Assembly: GCF_000143415.4 (NCBI RefSeq)
Contig: NW_003314312.1
Location: 546,399-610,398 of the forward strand
DNA from: Selaginella moellendorffii
Taxonomy: Eukaryota; Plantae; Lycopodiophyta
DNA: 64,000 nucleotides
Reading direction: 5' to 3'
Translations under genes and position numbers: made by a program
Shown here: in pieces, positions 23,163-35,670 of the stretch
Numbering within the stretch: position 1 is the stretch's first letter
Layout of the letters: every line of letters begins with the position of its first letter
The notes under the pieces: model-generated
What the model saw: the letters and a program-made list of their open reading frames with translations, nothing else
Database searches by the model: none
What the model was told of the DNA's origin: nothing

Positions 23163-25708
23163 TCAATTTTCTACGGCGTCGGCATCTCTGTCCTCGCCTT
23201 CCGCTGAAAGGCTTTGGAACGCGCTTTGAAACTGATGTATTCGCTGGAGCTCGTCTGCCTCTGCGTCTGCCGCAACTGCTTCGGCTTGTAGACTCTCCGC
23301 CTCCTCCATGTCATCGAGCTCGATCGCCACGTTTCTTTCGTTTCTGGCAGCCACAGCAACCAGCCTCAGCCTTTCACAACACGCCTGCGCTGCCTCCCTT
23401 TCCTTGACGGCTATCAAGCCTTCGATGTTTGAGAGAGAAACAATCTTGGTCTCTATACGCTCCTCGACCTGCTGCAGCTCCGAGCTGCATTTTTGTAGTT
23501 CCTCTGTGACAGCTTCCTGCTCTGCCCGGAATGCTTTGGCCTCAGCTGAAAGTCTAGCTGCCTCTTTAAATTTGCGTGTAGCTGCCGCAAGCCTTTTCTC
23601 AGCTTCCAGCGCGGGGCCACGTTTCTCGTGATGTGCCAGCTTTTGCTTTGCGGCGCGGATGTCTTCTTGTAATTTCATTTTCGTTGCTGACAACTCCTGC
23701 ATAATGCAAGCGTCAAGGTGATTGGCGAAAGAGGAAAAAATATATATATATCGTTACAAACCTGTAGCGACGCTCGCGCCTCTGATGCTTGTTGCCTTAG
23801 TGCCTGAGAATCCGCTAGAAGTTCTTCTTCTTTCCTAACAAGATCCCCCTTTTTCTCCTTAATTTCCCTGGACAGCTTAGCTGCTTTCCGCCACCTTCCA
23901 AGTTCTTCTTGCAAAAGTATAGCCCGCTCTTGCGCAGCTTCTGCCGTGGTCTTTAGACATTCTCCCTCTGCCTTGGCCAGAGTCAAGCTTTCCTCCACAT
24001 CCTTCCGTGCAGATTGTATACCAGCTGAAACCGTGTCAAGCGCCTCCAAAGAGCTCGTGACTCTCGACAAATCCGTCTCTATACTGAGTTGCTTCTCTTC
24101 GAAAGTCGCAGCCACAGCAGCAATTTTCAGACCGATTTCTTTGATGAGATTGTCGCACCTGGCAATTTCGGACTCTTTGTCTTTCACCTTTCTGAGTAGA
24201 TCTTCGAGCTCTTCAACAAGCACTTGACGCTCTGCTAAATGGCCAGTTTTGTCACGGACATCTGGTTCAACGGCTTCGTCAATCGTCCTGTTGAGGTCGA
24301 CCTTGGCTTCTTCCAATGCTCGCAGTTCGAGCAAATATTGAGTACTTTTCATGTCCAGCTCCTCTTCTTTGGAGGTCAGACTTTCCATTTCCAACCTAGC
24401 AGTTTCTGATGCTTCCATTTCCACCTTTTCTGCTGCGGCTTGTGCCTCCTGAAAAACAAAACCAAGAAAACATGTCAGAAAAGAAGGCTAGGATGAAAAA
24501 CGACATTATCTGCAAACCTTTTGGAATTCTGCAAGTGCTGCGGCTCCTTCTTCTTCTATACTGATTTTCAGTGATACTATCGTCTCCATTTCCACTGCAG
24601 CCAGATCATATTTTGAATCAGCCTCTTTGAAAGCCACGTCTGCCAACTCTAGCGACTTCTCAGCATCTGCAACCTCCTGGCTCAATCTATCAGCCAGATC
24701 AAAGTCTTCTCTCTCGCACGCACATTCAAGCTCAACTTCCAACGCCTTCCGCTTTGCTGTGGTCGAAGACAGCTCCTCCGCAGCTCTTCTCCGTACCTGT
24801 GCCGCCATTTTTCTTGAAGACGACGCTTCAGCAGCTTTGGCTTCAAGGTCTCGTAATTTTCTCGCAATGTCCTCCTGAATTGCCTCAAGCCTCCTTCGCA
24901 TAGCCAAAGTACTTTTCGGATCGTTTGTATCAACGTTGTCTTCCACTTCTGGTGCTGTTTCCACCACGAGAACAACAGTCTTAGACTCTTCAACCGAGGC
25001 ATGCAAAGTTTTCTCCTCTTTCTCATCGCCAGCTTTCGTGATTTCCTTCGCAATTTCACTGTCCTCCTTGGTAAAAACTTGTGTATCCTCCTTGAAAACT
25101 TTCGTGTCGTCGGCCAGTTCATCTTCGATCTCCAACTCCATTTCCTGCTGCGAGAACTCTGAGGCGCTCACCGAGACTCCATCGCTCTCTGGAAAGCTCG
25201 TCCCAAGCTCTACAACCTCGGAAGCGTGCACGAGCTTCTTAATCTCTGCCTGGTCACTGAAAACCATTTCTCTATCTTCTCCATCTTCGTTGTCTCTACC
25301 ATACCCGATCCTAAGACTCTTCTTTTTCTTCCTTCCAGCACCACCTCTTGAAGAGATCGAGATCGTACTCGTACTAGTAGCTTTGGTTCCTGCGCTTGGA
25401 GCACTGTCATAGGCAGCCAGGATAGTGTCGAAGCTCTTCCTTCCCATGCATGAAGTATCCGAGAGAGAAATCCTTGCCTCGCCATTCCCCGAAGAATCCG
25501 CAGCCTCTTGACTCGATGAGATCGATAGCATGCTCATTCCAGTAAATAGATCCTCGTCCAAAGCCCCTCTAGAACTGCTCTCCACAGGCGGAGGAGGAGC
25601 CTCCGCCACAGCACTGACTGGCGGCGATGGCTCCCTTTCTCCGTCTAGATCTTGCTCCGGAGCTACAGACAGCACGAAATCCATGCCTTCGAACAGCGAT
25701 TCTTCCAT
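23163..25708 (-). CDS. Long coiled-coil protein with UVR-like motifs (3 exons)
   Basis: MEESLFEGM start; LECACEREDFDLADRLSQE and AAATRKFKEAARLS motifs; E/A/K-rich heptads. Confidence 0.8.
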
Positions 25709-25993
25709 ATTTCTCGGAATGCCGATGCCGCTGCCACAATCCCTCAAAAGAAGCCCCCGATCTGATCTAAAACCTAGCCCATCGCTGCCGCAGCAAGAAA
25801 TCTACCTGTAGCGTCCGCTTCTATCGCGATTTCGATCGATCGATTCGGTCGATCCTTCGCCGGCGCCACGCGCCAGGGCAGCTCCGGAATGAAACAAATG
25901 AAAGAAAAATATTCCATTGGCACCTAGAGCATATTCATATAAAGATGATGTTACTATGTACATACTTGAAAGCGTTCTTTTCTTTTTATTCCT

Positions 25994-27759
25994 TCATCTA
26001 ATCATGCCACTGGTGTTTGCTCCTCCTAAATTCGCGCCATCCAAATTCTACACACACAAGGAAGAGCGCGATTAAACTTTTTTCGATCGCAAAGATCGTC
26101 ACATCGTCTTACAGTTCCTCGAAGATCAGCATGAGCCAAGTACGCTCGCTGGAGATTTGCTGAGCGAAGATCGGCTCCATTCAATCTTGCTCCCTGGAAA
26201 CAAAAGTTCTGGCTCGCATGGAGACGAAGCCAAGGAAAATACCTTAAGATTTGCTCCTTCCAAGTTCGCCTTGGCGAAATTGGCATTTGAGAGGTCAGCA
26301 TTCTGGAATCAACAAAAGTTTTGGCTTAGTACCGCAAGAACAATTAACGAGAGGCTACCTGTAAGTGTGCAGTGCGAAGATCAGCACCAAGAAGACTGCA
26401 GTCCGCCAAGCAAGCATCTGGCAATCCAACCACGTAGAAACCAGTCAGAAAACTTTCCTTTTGCTTGAAAAACCTAGAACTTAAGACCTTGCATGTTGGC
26501 ACTTTGAAGATTAGCACCAGAGAGAACTGAACCACGGAGGCACGCTCCAACAAATACAGACCTGTCATCGCCAAAAGCCAGCTTAAAGCAAAAAGAAAAA
26601 AAAAAAAAAAATCGAAACATACTCTCGAAGTATGGCGTTATGGAAGTTGGCGTAATCGGCTGCCGAATCCTGCAATCTGGCCTCGTCAAGTAAGATGGAC
26701 TTACAAAGACTGATGAACAAACCCGAAAATTCGCCGAGTGTAAGTTGGCTCGACTAAAAAATGTGCTTATGAGCCGTCCATTGCTAAAATCCACTCCTGA
26801 CAGATCCTGAAACAGCGATCTTAAGCCTGCTTAAGCGTCTGAGGAAAAAACACCGTACCAGTTTCGAGAGATTTTGGCCGGAAAGATTCACACCACGTAG
26901 TCGAACTCGTTTGGTTTGCAAGCATTTAATCACTTCCTTTCTCGTCAATTCGGCAGTGTCTTCGTCGTCTTCATCCTTTTTATTTGACACTGCGGTTAGA
27001 GCTTCAATCAAACCCTGCCAAGAGAAAAGAAAAGCCGTTATTTCTGAAAAGCAAAAGCAAAGCTTACAAAGCTTACACTCAGTTGATAGTACTCGGCCTC
27101 GCGTAGAAGCTCCTGGACGGAGGAAGTGTCCAAGGCTGGAGTTACACCATCACGAAGGTAATTCAATATGTGTCGAAAATGAGTTCCATCTCTGTCAATA
27201 AACACTGATCCCTGCTAACATCCATTTTGACATGCAACAAACAAACAACAAAGATCATGAAACTCCTACTCTGGCACGCATCAAAAGCTATTTAATCCCT
27301 TTCTCTTTTCCTCACTCTTGAGCAAACAAAGCGAAACAAAGGAAAAAGAAGAAAAACCAAGCGCGCTTGCCTTGTTTGCATCAATGTGGAGCCGGTGCCG
27401 CCCGCTAAACATAATCGCAAGCATAGATCCAGTGTCCCGATGCGTTAGCGTGTCCACTGTGGTAGTAAACTGCATCCCTCCTGGCATCCCATCGCCCGAA
27501 ATATCAGCAACCAGCGGCGATCTCTCCAAAATCTAGCGTCCTAGAGCCGAAACATACCGACATTGAGATGAACGATCGATGGAACACCCGGTGCCGGCTC
27601 CTGGAGATCCCGCATTTGCGAATCGAGATCTTGCGGCGGCGGCGACGGCTTGCCCTCTCCGATCGCCAGCCTCCACGCGGCCTCCTCGTCCCGGGCCACA
27701 CAGGAATCGTCCACAGACACATCCCCATCGCTCTGGGAGGCCCCATCCTCTATCGCCAT
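25994..27759 (-). CDS. FIP2: BTB/POZ plus pentapeptide-repeat protein (FIP2/KCTD9-like), many exons
   Basis: VHLNVGG..FTTT..TL, FIDRDGTHFRHILNYLRDG, followed by A(D/N)LxG pentapeptide repeats. Confidence 0.85.
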
Positions 27760-27922
27760 CCCTCCCTCCTCTAGGGATGAAAATGAGAATGCCCTTCTCC
27801 TAGTTTCTATTTAACTTTAAACCTAGCCCTAAATCCATTAACTTTTAAAAGGGTGTTCTTTTTTTATTACCTTTAATAAGATAGAGCTTTACAGCTAAAC
27901 CCGATTACTTTACAAAATTAGC

Positions 27923-29404
27923 TTAGTTCCTTCTTGGCACCACTCTATAATGTATGTCTACGTAGCTCTCTACGTCCCACAAGTAGCTCCCAAACGCCGC
28001 CGCCTCCATCACCAGCGCTCTCAAGCTCGCGAATTTGATCTGGATTGCATCGTCTCGCGCAAGACCCACGCTGCCATCCGCCGCCACTCGCAAATCGGGC
28101 CTCCCAAACAGCGCCTCGGCGTGCCTCTCGATCAAATCCACCGTCTCGTGCGTCCTCATCGTCGCGTATCTCGACAGCGTCTCGTGATCAAACTTGGCAA
28201 CATACGCTCGCAGATCGTTGTTCTTGAGCGCCACCTGCGATGGCGATCGCGAGGAGGAGCTCACCAGATCGAGCTCGCTCGCTGCTCCTGCTGCCTGGAT
28301 CATCTCGGAGCTCTCCCGCTTCTCGATGCTCAAGAACTGGGTGGTGAATCCCCGCCCCGACTCCGCCACCCTCGTCAGGATCTTCATCTTCTTCTCCAGC
28401 TGGTAGCGCTCGTCGACGCGTTTGAGGAAGTAGCCATACATGACCGACGTCGCGTAGATCTGCCCGACTCGGAGCTTGCTGATCTGCGCCACCGTGTGTG
28501 GCTCCACTCGGCTCAGCGTCGCGTGTCCGCCGAGAACCATCTCCATGTGTTCCTTGATCATCTCGAACGCCTCCGGCGAGTGGACGCTCTCGAGATCCTT
28601 CTCTTGGATCGGCCAGGAGCAAGCGCTCCCTCCTTCTCGGTTGACGAGCGCCGAGATCTTTGGAACCATCTTGATCCCGGCCTTGAGGAACTTCTCCACG
28701 ACGAGAACGTAGATCACTTCCTGGACTGCTCGTCGCCGCTCCTCGGACTTGAGCTGCGCGATCCTCCTGTTCCAATGCAAAGCTCGTCAACTCCAAGGAT
28801 GGTCATCGCGGAAGAACAAGAAAAGCTCTTACTTGTAGAGGATGTGATCGTTGCCGGCTGGATTTGGCTGCTCCAGCGCGCTCCTCCTCTCCAAATCGAG
28901 TAGCTCAAGCTGCTGCTCGGCCGCGGCGTGGAAGAGGTGTGGATTTCCCTTGAGCGTTTGCATCAAGAACTGGCCGGCGGGAGAGCCTGGCTCCAGCGGC
29001 GCGATTGGCCTGTCCGCGACAAGAGCTTCCGCGATCTCGATGGCCCTCTGATGCGAATCCTCGTCGGAGGAGCTCGCCGTGGCGCCGCCTTCCTCTCCAC
29101 ACGATCGAGCCGCCCACACCGATTTCTTGGATGAGAAAAGCATCGTTGGCGGCGAGGAGGAATCTGGCAGCCAGGTCGCCTTTGGGATGGAATTCCCACT
29201 CCCCACTGGGAAATCTCGTCCCTGAGCTCCATTCTTGCAAGAACGAGCAAAACTTGGTACCTTTCTTCCTGTCATGAAGCAGCTCGAGGGGGATGCCAGC
29301 GACCAGAGGGCAATCGATCCTCCCTCCAGCGAGAGCGAGGAAGAAATCTTTCCAGTGGCAGCGTGGCGAGGCCGGCAGATTGACGCCGCAGCTTCCAGAT
29401 GCAT
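27923..29404 (-). CDS. Chloroplast DUF760 / UV-B-induced protein-like (2 exons)
   Basis: Transit peptide; IAPLEPGSPAGQFL, LESVHSPEAFEMIKEH, YATSVMYGYFLKRVDERYQLE, FGSYLWDVESYVD. Confidence 0.85.
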
Positions 29405-29720
29405 CGCTTCCCTACAGTGATCTCGCGAGCGGAATTCCTGGAGAACTCAACCTCTCAAGATCGATGCATTGCGAATCCACTGAAAGCCTGCGCTAGCCGA
29501 TTATCGGCGGCTCATCGCGGCGCCGCTCATCCTCGTCCTCGCGCTCACACGCCGCCACCGCCATCTTCTTAGCCCACACACCCAAAACGGACGGCTGGGA
29601 CACCCTCGTGCCAGGACGAGATCGTGGCCGTCGAGTACACATAGATAAGCCGACCACGCGTCCCAGAGCATATTCCCCGGACAAAAGATAAGCTTCTGGA
29701 AAAAAGAAAAATCTCCTCTA

Positions 29721-30625
29721 CTACACAACACTATCCCCCCAGACTTCTTCGTCGCTGATAACGTTCACTTCTACAGTCGATCGTCCGGATGGAACCTGGA
29801 AGAATTAAAAAAGGGTATGGTTTTTGATCGCAACAAGAGCTTAGCTTTTGATCGATTAAAAGCTTACCGGACAAATGCAGCTTCTTACAAGGTTTCCTCG
29901 ATTTGCCTCGGCTCGGTATCCAGCCTGAAAAGAGCGAGAGAATTTAAAAAACGAAGTTTTTACTTCAGTCGAGAACTCGAAAAGATCAAACTTGCCTCTT
30001 GTGCGCCTCCGACCACGTCCAGCTCGCAGTGGCAGCAAGTTCCTTCGAAGCAAAAGTCCTGGAGGCCGAGAAATGAGACTCGATTAGCAAAACGTTTTGA
30101 GTGGAGAGCTTACATCATTTGGAACAAGAACACCACAACGCTCGGCCACTTTCAGCAGGTTCTCGCCAGAGTTCGCAGTCACAGTCACCTGAGCAAAGAA
30201 AGAAAAAATGAAAACCATTTCGTCGATTGAAGAGCAGATCACTCACATTGTCTCCACTGCCAGTGTTGAATCTCACCTCCACTTTCTCGGCCGACTTGTC
30301 GCTGTGCAAAAATGTTAGTTTTCTTAAGTGATGCTAAAACTTTAGAACTTTACCTCGCACCACTCCAATAATATGTTCCTGGAACAGCACTCTCTTTAAA
30401 TCGTTCTTCCCCAACAGTTCCTCTTTTGAGATTGGCATCCCTGTCTAGAGCACCGATTGAGACAACCCTGGAGGAAAAATGGAAAGCGAAGAACTTACCA
30501 GAGATCAGTGAGGAAGAGGACGCTAGTGCACAAGGAACTCGAGGAGCTCTGATGGGCAAATGGGAAATGGAATTCCAGCGTAGAGTTCCAGGAAGTGCCA
30601 CCACTCCAAGGCAGGAGCAGGCCAT
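29721..30625 (-). CDS. Chloroplast 2Fe-2S ferredoxin-like protein (multi-exon)
   Basis: Spliced reading: transit peptide ... GENLLKVAERCGV ... CFEGTCCHCE (CX4CX2C) ... VRSCICP ... SDEEVWGDSVV*. Confidence 0.75.
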
Positions 30626-30714
30626 TCTTCTACCACTGCTGCTCTTATTTCTTAGGTAATTACGCTCCGTTCCAGTAAAAGATCTCCATTTTTGTTGCGG
30701 GCCTGTCGGATGAG

Positions 30715-31771
30715 ATGACTCATTCTATCGAATTTGCAGCTCCGTTGCTCTGCTCTTCCGGGGTGGCGCGATTGAACTGCTGCTGCTCCTCGCAATTCTC
30801 ACCAGTTCCAGCAGCACAAAATGGTAGGAGGGCTTTCGTTTTGAGCTCTGGATTGGTAGCTGGACTCTTCACTTCCGTCACAGAAGGTAGAGAAAACCTC
30901 GTCTCGGTCTGGATTGGGCTGACAAGTGAATGGCTGCTTCTCGTCCATCCAGATGCTCGAGCGGGCCTGGAGAAATACATGAAAAAGTAAGTTTTTCTTG
31001 GAGCTTACATAAAACTGTGAAGGAATTTCAGTACAAACCATTCCACAGAAAGAAGCTGGATCCACTAGAGACTTATATCCCAGGTATCATCCTGTGCCAA
31101 TCGCAGTTTCAGGAGCTCGGTAAGCCTGTCAAGAGAAAATACTTTCTTTGAAAGAAGCAAACGAACCTTACGTTGACGACGCTGGAAGTAGAAGCCAAAC
31201 TTGGCGGCGAGAAGGTCGAGTATCAAGACGCACGGGCCCTTCTTCGTTCCGGACCAGCAGGATCCCTCAGGAGCAACATTCGTGCTGTAAAAAGCGATCC
31301 TTTTTTTCATCTGTTCTTAAGTTTATCTGAGTCTCAGGTCGCGGAGTACGCATCGGAGTCGGGAGATGGAGCAGCTGCCGCAGACGCTGTAAAGCTGTGC
31401 TTGAGGTAAGTACAAGCGAAGAGAAAAGCTTAAGACAGAAAATTACCTCGCTCGCTCCCAGATCTTTGGAGGACTTGGACTCACTGCTCTTGAGAAGATC
31501 TCGAGATGACACCTCCATCACTGTCGATTCCATGAAAGCCAAGCTTGGAACTTCCATGCAAGCCTTGGACAGGTACCCTGTAGCGTAGTGAAAAAACAAA
31601 CAAGACCAAACAATATCCTGTGTTCCTCTCAGGCTTCTCCAAACAGTTCCACAGCCCATTCTCGAGCAAGGCAAAGCGGCTGCCATGGCCTTCTTGGACG
31701 ACACCCCGGAAGTTGTGACCGACGACGTCGACATAAAAAGCTTGGAAGATCTCATAACCACAACAAAATAG
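30715..31771 (+). CDS. Uncharacterised chloroplast (probably thylakoid lumen) protein, multi-exon
   Basis: Transit peptide with RRAF twin-arginine motif; exons KKLDPLETYIP, LLRSGPAGSLRSNIRAVAEYA, SLEDLDSLLLRRSR, LLQTVP. Confidence 0.75.
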
Positions 31772-31839
31772 CTCTGATCAATCAAAGTTTCTATCCAAAG
31801 TCCATAAAACCAAACGAAAGACCAAGAACAAACTCTCCA

Positions 31840-32467
31840 TCATCTCCTGGGAACAAGCTTTTTCAGAAGCTCGGGACTGGGGAAACGATCCTCTTCAATG
31901 TAGTAGTGATTCCCCCTGGCGAAGAACGTAACAAGAGGCTTGTTCGTGTCGGGAGGATGGACATCGCTAAGCTGGATCTTCCGCTCGACGCGTCGAGCCA
32001 AGACGTCGAGCGTCTCAATGGCGACCTCTTTGGAACCGGGCTTCCATGAAAGCTTGCGAACATAAGGACCAGCGTACCAATGCAAGCCAGCAGTAGTGAG
32101 AGCGCTAAGCATCATCATCATGGAAGCTATGGAGGACTTTGCAACGACGGAGACCTCGGGATATGTGTGGAACGCTAGCACGGGAGCGCCGAGAGAGGAG
32201 AAGACGAAGGAGGTGAAAGAGAGGATTTTCACTCGCCTCAGTGTGCCGGCCATGGCGCCCTCGTACACAACCTCCGGCTTGGAAGCCGGCGCCGGCGCCG
32301 CTACCTTCCCCTGCTTGAGATCTTCCCGAAGAGCTGGCTGAGAAGCCCATCGCTGGTGCTCCAGCCGCGCTAGCCGGAGCGCAAAACCTAGAAATCGATC
32401 CAAATCAGTCGATCACATGGACAATGTGGACGATCTCACCTTGGCGCCGGAGAGCCGCGGCAGCCAT
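31840..32467 (-). CDS. TMEM70-family mitochondrial membrane protein (2 exons)
   Basis: VYEG....LRRVKILS, two TM helices, TTAGLHW...PYV, FFARGNHYYI; short first exon MAAAALRRQ. Confidence 0.8.
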
Positions 32468-32476
32468 AGCCCGTAA

Positions 32477-32492
32477 AAACCCTAAACCCTAG
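32477..32492. promoter_or_regulatory. Tandem telo-boxes (AAACCCTA) between the divergent TMEM70-like and PPR genes
   Basis: aaaccctaaaccctag; another telo-box (ttagggttt) lies upstream of EMC3 at about 14357. Confidence 0.55.
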
Positions 32493-32529
32493 TTCTTGAG
32501 CAAATGTATGTTCTTATAATGCTTCTTCC

Positions 32530-34335
32530 ATGGCCCTTCGTCTCCACCTCCTGGCCAAGCTTGTGCGTCACTGTGGAAGCGAGCGAGATCTTTGCAGTGG
32601 GCGGCGCATCCATCTCCAAATCCTCGCAAGCCAGTACCGCGATAGCATCTATCTCTCCAATCTCCTCATTGACATGTACTCCAAGTGCCTCAGCCTTGAC
32701 GAAGCCGAGCGTGTCTTCCAATCCATCAAAACCCCAAACGTTTTCTCCTGGAACATCCTCATGGCCGCCTACTCGCAGCACGGCCTCCTCCAAGACGCCA
32801 TCGCCGTGTTCCTGGACATGACCCAGCGGGACGTGGTGTCCTGGAACCAGATCCTCGCAGCGCATACCCAAACAGGAGATCTCGATCGAGCCCAATCCAT
32901 CTTCCAGAGAATGCCCCATCGCGATTTGGTATCTTGGAACACCCTGATCGCGGGACTGGCGGAGTCTGGACTTGCGGCCACGGCGAAAGAGCTGCTGGAT
33001 TCATCCCCGGAGCACGACTGCCTCACGCACAACCCCATGATCCAGGCATTTGCCCTCTCTGGGCAAATCCAAGAGGCCCGTGAGCTCTTCGAGGGATTGC
33101 TGGAGCGCAATGACGTCTCCTGGAACTCCATGATCGCGGCCTACACCGCGAATGGTCTTGCCGATGAAGCGAGGATGATCTTCGAGAGAATGCCGCTGTG
33201 GGACATCGTTTCTTGGACCGCCATGGTCACCGCCGCTGCTCAAGCCGGGGAGATCGACGAAGCCAGGAAGATCTTCGACGCTATGCCGCAGAGAAATATC
33301 ATCTCCTGGAACGCGATGATCCAAGCCTATGCTCAAGGCGGCCGGGCAAAGGAAGCGCGATCGATATTCACTGCCATGGAGGAGGAGCAACCGCGATCGC
33401 GGTCCATCCTGGCCTGGAATTCGCTGCTTCTGGCCTACTCCCTCGGTAATCTGGATCAAGCCTCCTCGATCTTCCACCGGATGAGCGCCTGGAACATGAC
33501 ATCGCTCAACACGATGCTGGCAATCTTCGCTCAAAACGGACACATCCAAGAAGCGCGAGAGATGTTCTTGGATCTGCCAGAGAAGGACGTAATATCCGGC
33601 AACACGATGATCAACGCGTGCCTGGAGCAGCGAAATCCCCAAGAAGCGAGAGAGATCTTCGAAAGAATGGAGCGGCGCGACGTGATCACCTGGACCGCAG
33701 TGATCGCGAGCTACGCCTCCGGCGGCAGCGTCGGCCAAGCCAAGGCCCTGTTCGATTCAATCCCTGGCCGCAACGCCGTGACCTGCAGCGTGATGATCCA
33801 GGCGCACGCCGAGCAAGGACAGCTAGATCGAGCAGCGCAAATCTTCTCCACAGTCCCGGATCCGACCACTCTCTCCTGGAACGCGATCATCCACGCCTAC
33901 GCGCGCAATGCCCACAGCGAAAGAGCCCTAGAGCTCTTGGCGGGAATGGTCCTGTACGGAATGCGCCCAAGCTGGGTCACATTCGTGGGCCTCTTGTACG
34001 GCTGTAGCCACGCCGGGAAGGTGCCCGAGGGGGTGTCGTGCTTTCGATTGATCGAGGAGCTCACAGCGGCGCCGCCAACGCTGGATCACTTCGTGTGCGC
34101 GATCGATCTGTTTGGGCGATCCAAGCGCCTGGACGAGGCGGAGGATTTGCTTGACAATATGCCCTTCAAGGAGGACGTGGTAGCTTGCACGACGCTGCTG
34201 GGCGCATGCCAAATCCATGGCGATGCGGAGAGGGGGACTCGCATCGCGCGGCGTGTGGTGGAGTTCCAGCAGGACGAGGCCTGCCCGTACGTGCTTCTCT
34301 CTAGCGCCTACATTGCTAACAGAGGAAGATTATAA
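32530..34335 (+). CDS. PLS-class pentatricopeptide repeat protein with E domain (no DYW)
   Basis: Repeated VVSWN..I.AY.Q.G motifs, GCSHAGKV, DHFVCAIDLFGRS..LDEA, LLGACQIHGD, YVLLS; intronless. Confidence 0.93.
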   Translation: MALRLHLLAKLVRHCGSERDLCSGRRIHLQILASQYRDSIYLSNLLIDMYSKCLSLDEAERVFQSIKTPNVFSWNILMAAYSQHGLLQDAIAVFLDMTQRDVVSWNQILAAHTQTGDLDRAQSIFQRMPHRDLVSWNTLIAGLAESGLAATAKELLDSSPEHDCLTHNPMIQAFALSGQIQEARELFEGLLERNDVSWNSMIAAYTANGLADEARMIFERMPLWDIVSWTAMVTAAAQAGEIDEARKIFDAMPQRNIISWNAMIQAYAQGGRAKEARSIFTAMEEEQPRSRSILAWNSLLLAYSLGNLDQASSIFHRMSAWNMTSLNTMLAIFAQNGHIQEAREMFLDLPEKDVISGNTMINACLEQRNPQEAREIFERMERRDVITWTAVIASYASGGSVGQAKALFDSIPGRNAVTCSVMIQAHAEQGQLDRAAQIFSTVPDPTTLSWNAIIHAYARNAHSERALELLAGMVLYGMRPSWVTFVGLLYGCSHAGKVPEGVSCFRLIEELTAAPPTLDHFVCAIDLFGRSKRLDEAEDLLDNMPFKEDVVACTTLLGACQIHGDAERGTRIARRVVEFQQDEACPYVLLSSAYIANRGRL

Positions 34336-35361
34336 ACATGGTCGGCAAAGATCATTTGCTACTTGCAGTAGAGATTGACTATATATCTTCTCACAACCAG
34401 TTTTGGAGAAGTGTGGATACCAGAATACACCACAATCAGCTAGACATTTCTCACTTCAATTTCGAATTTGCTATAGGACAACATCTCTTGTGAGGTGTTT
34501 TCTGTGCCGTATTTTGCAATATGATCAAGAGGATAAACGCTTGGAGGGAGATTGTCATTTCCGAAAAACTAGTTTCTCAAATTCAACCTTGTAGGAGGAG
34601 CACATCACAAATGTCTAGACAAAATAAAACTGAGCCAACAAGAACAAGAATAACAGATCTGTTAAAAGTAGTCTCACATGGTTTTAAGCTCTGAAAAGAA
34701 TTGGAGGAAAAAATTAATTCAACAAATCACTACAATGGCACAAGATTGCAATGCTGAAAGACTAAGAGCTTTAGCCAACAGTCAGCCCCTCTACTTAGTG
34801 TAGGAGGTTGCTTGGTGTGCTAGAGGGGCTAACTGTTGTTTGATGTGCTAAGTAGAGACTTCCTGTAAAACAACATGTTGTTTCACTCCCTCTCCGCTTA
34901 TGTGGAGGTGCACCTCCTTTTTGTATTTTCCGCCCCTCTCCCTCCCGCCCACAGCTATCACCTGACATCAGCTGCTGGAGACGATGAATTGTCTCTATGG
35001 ACATATCAGTTTGACAAGGTTTGTATTACATCATACTAATTGACCTAAGAAATTTCATATGATCTGATCAACTTATTCCAACAAACACTCCCTTCATTGT
35101 TCATTTCCAAAACATTCCTAACATTCCTTTTCCAAAGGTTTAATATAATATCACTCCAACAGACCAGTTTTGTAACTATAAAACTTGATATTTAGTGATA
35201 ACTTAGTTATTATTTATTTATTTATTTTGCACTAAGTCAATATATTTTACTAATCATGAGCTCTTTATGCAAAGCCCAATTTTGTTTATATGAATCATTA
35301 TAAACTTGAAAAATTGCATAACTAAATATATAACATTCAATAATAGTTTCATATGGATAAG

Positions 35362-35670
35362 TTATATTATCTTGATTATAGTAAAAGTATTAATTTTTTT
35401 AAAAAATAATTTTAATGTCATACCAGGAAAGTGTTTTTTGTATCCATCACTCTTTAAAATTAAATAAAAGTTTTCTTCATCATTTAGAATTTGAATACCA
35501 AGATTACCATTTACAGATTCGCAATGGATTTCTAAATTTGGACCTACTATATTGTATATTTTGACATATTTTCTATTACATAGTATGATGGGTATAAAAG
35601 GCAATGAAATATATATAAAGTAATGAAAACGAGATAAAAAAATTTTATCTATAAGAGAATTTATAAATCA
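35362..35670 (-). pseudogene. S-protein homologue (plant self-incompatibility S1 family)-like remnant
   Basis: VKIYN..GPNLEIHCES.NGNLG.QIL...E.F pattern; upstream ATG hits a stop; very AT-rich. Confidence 0.45.

Noticed and set aside
27950-28903. Long antisense/overlapping ORFs (also 33001-33738, 21077-21724)
   Set aside because: Shadow ORFs expected opposite GC-rich coding sequence
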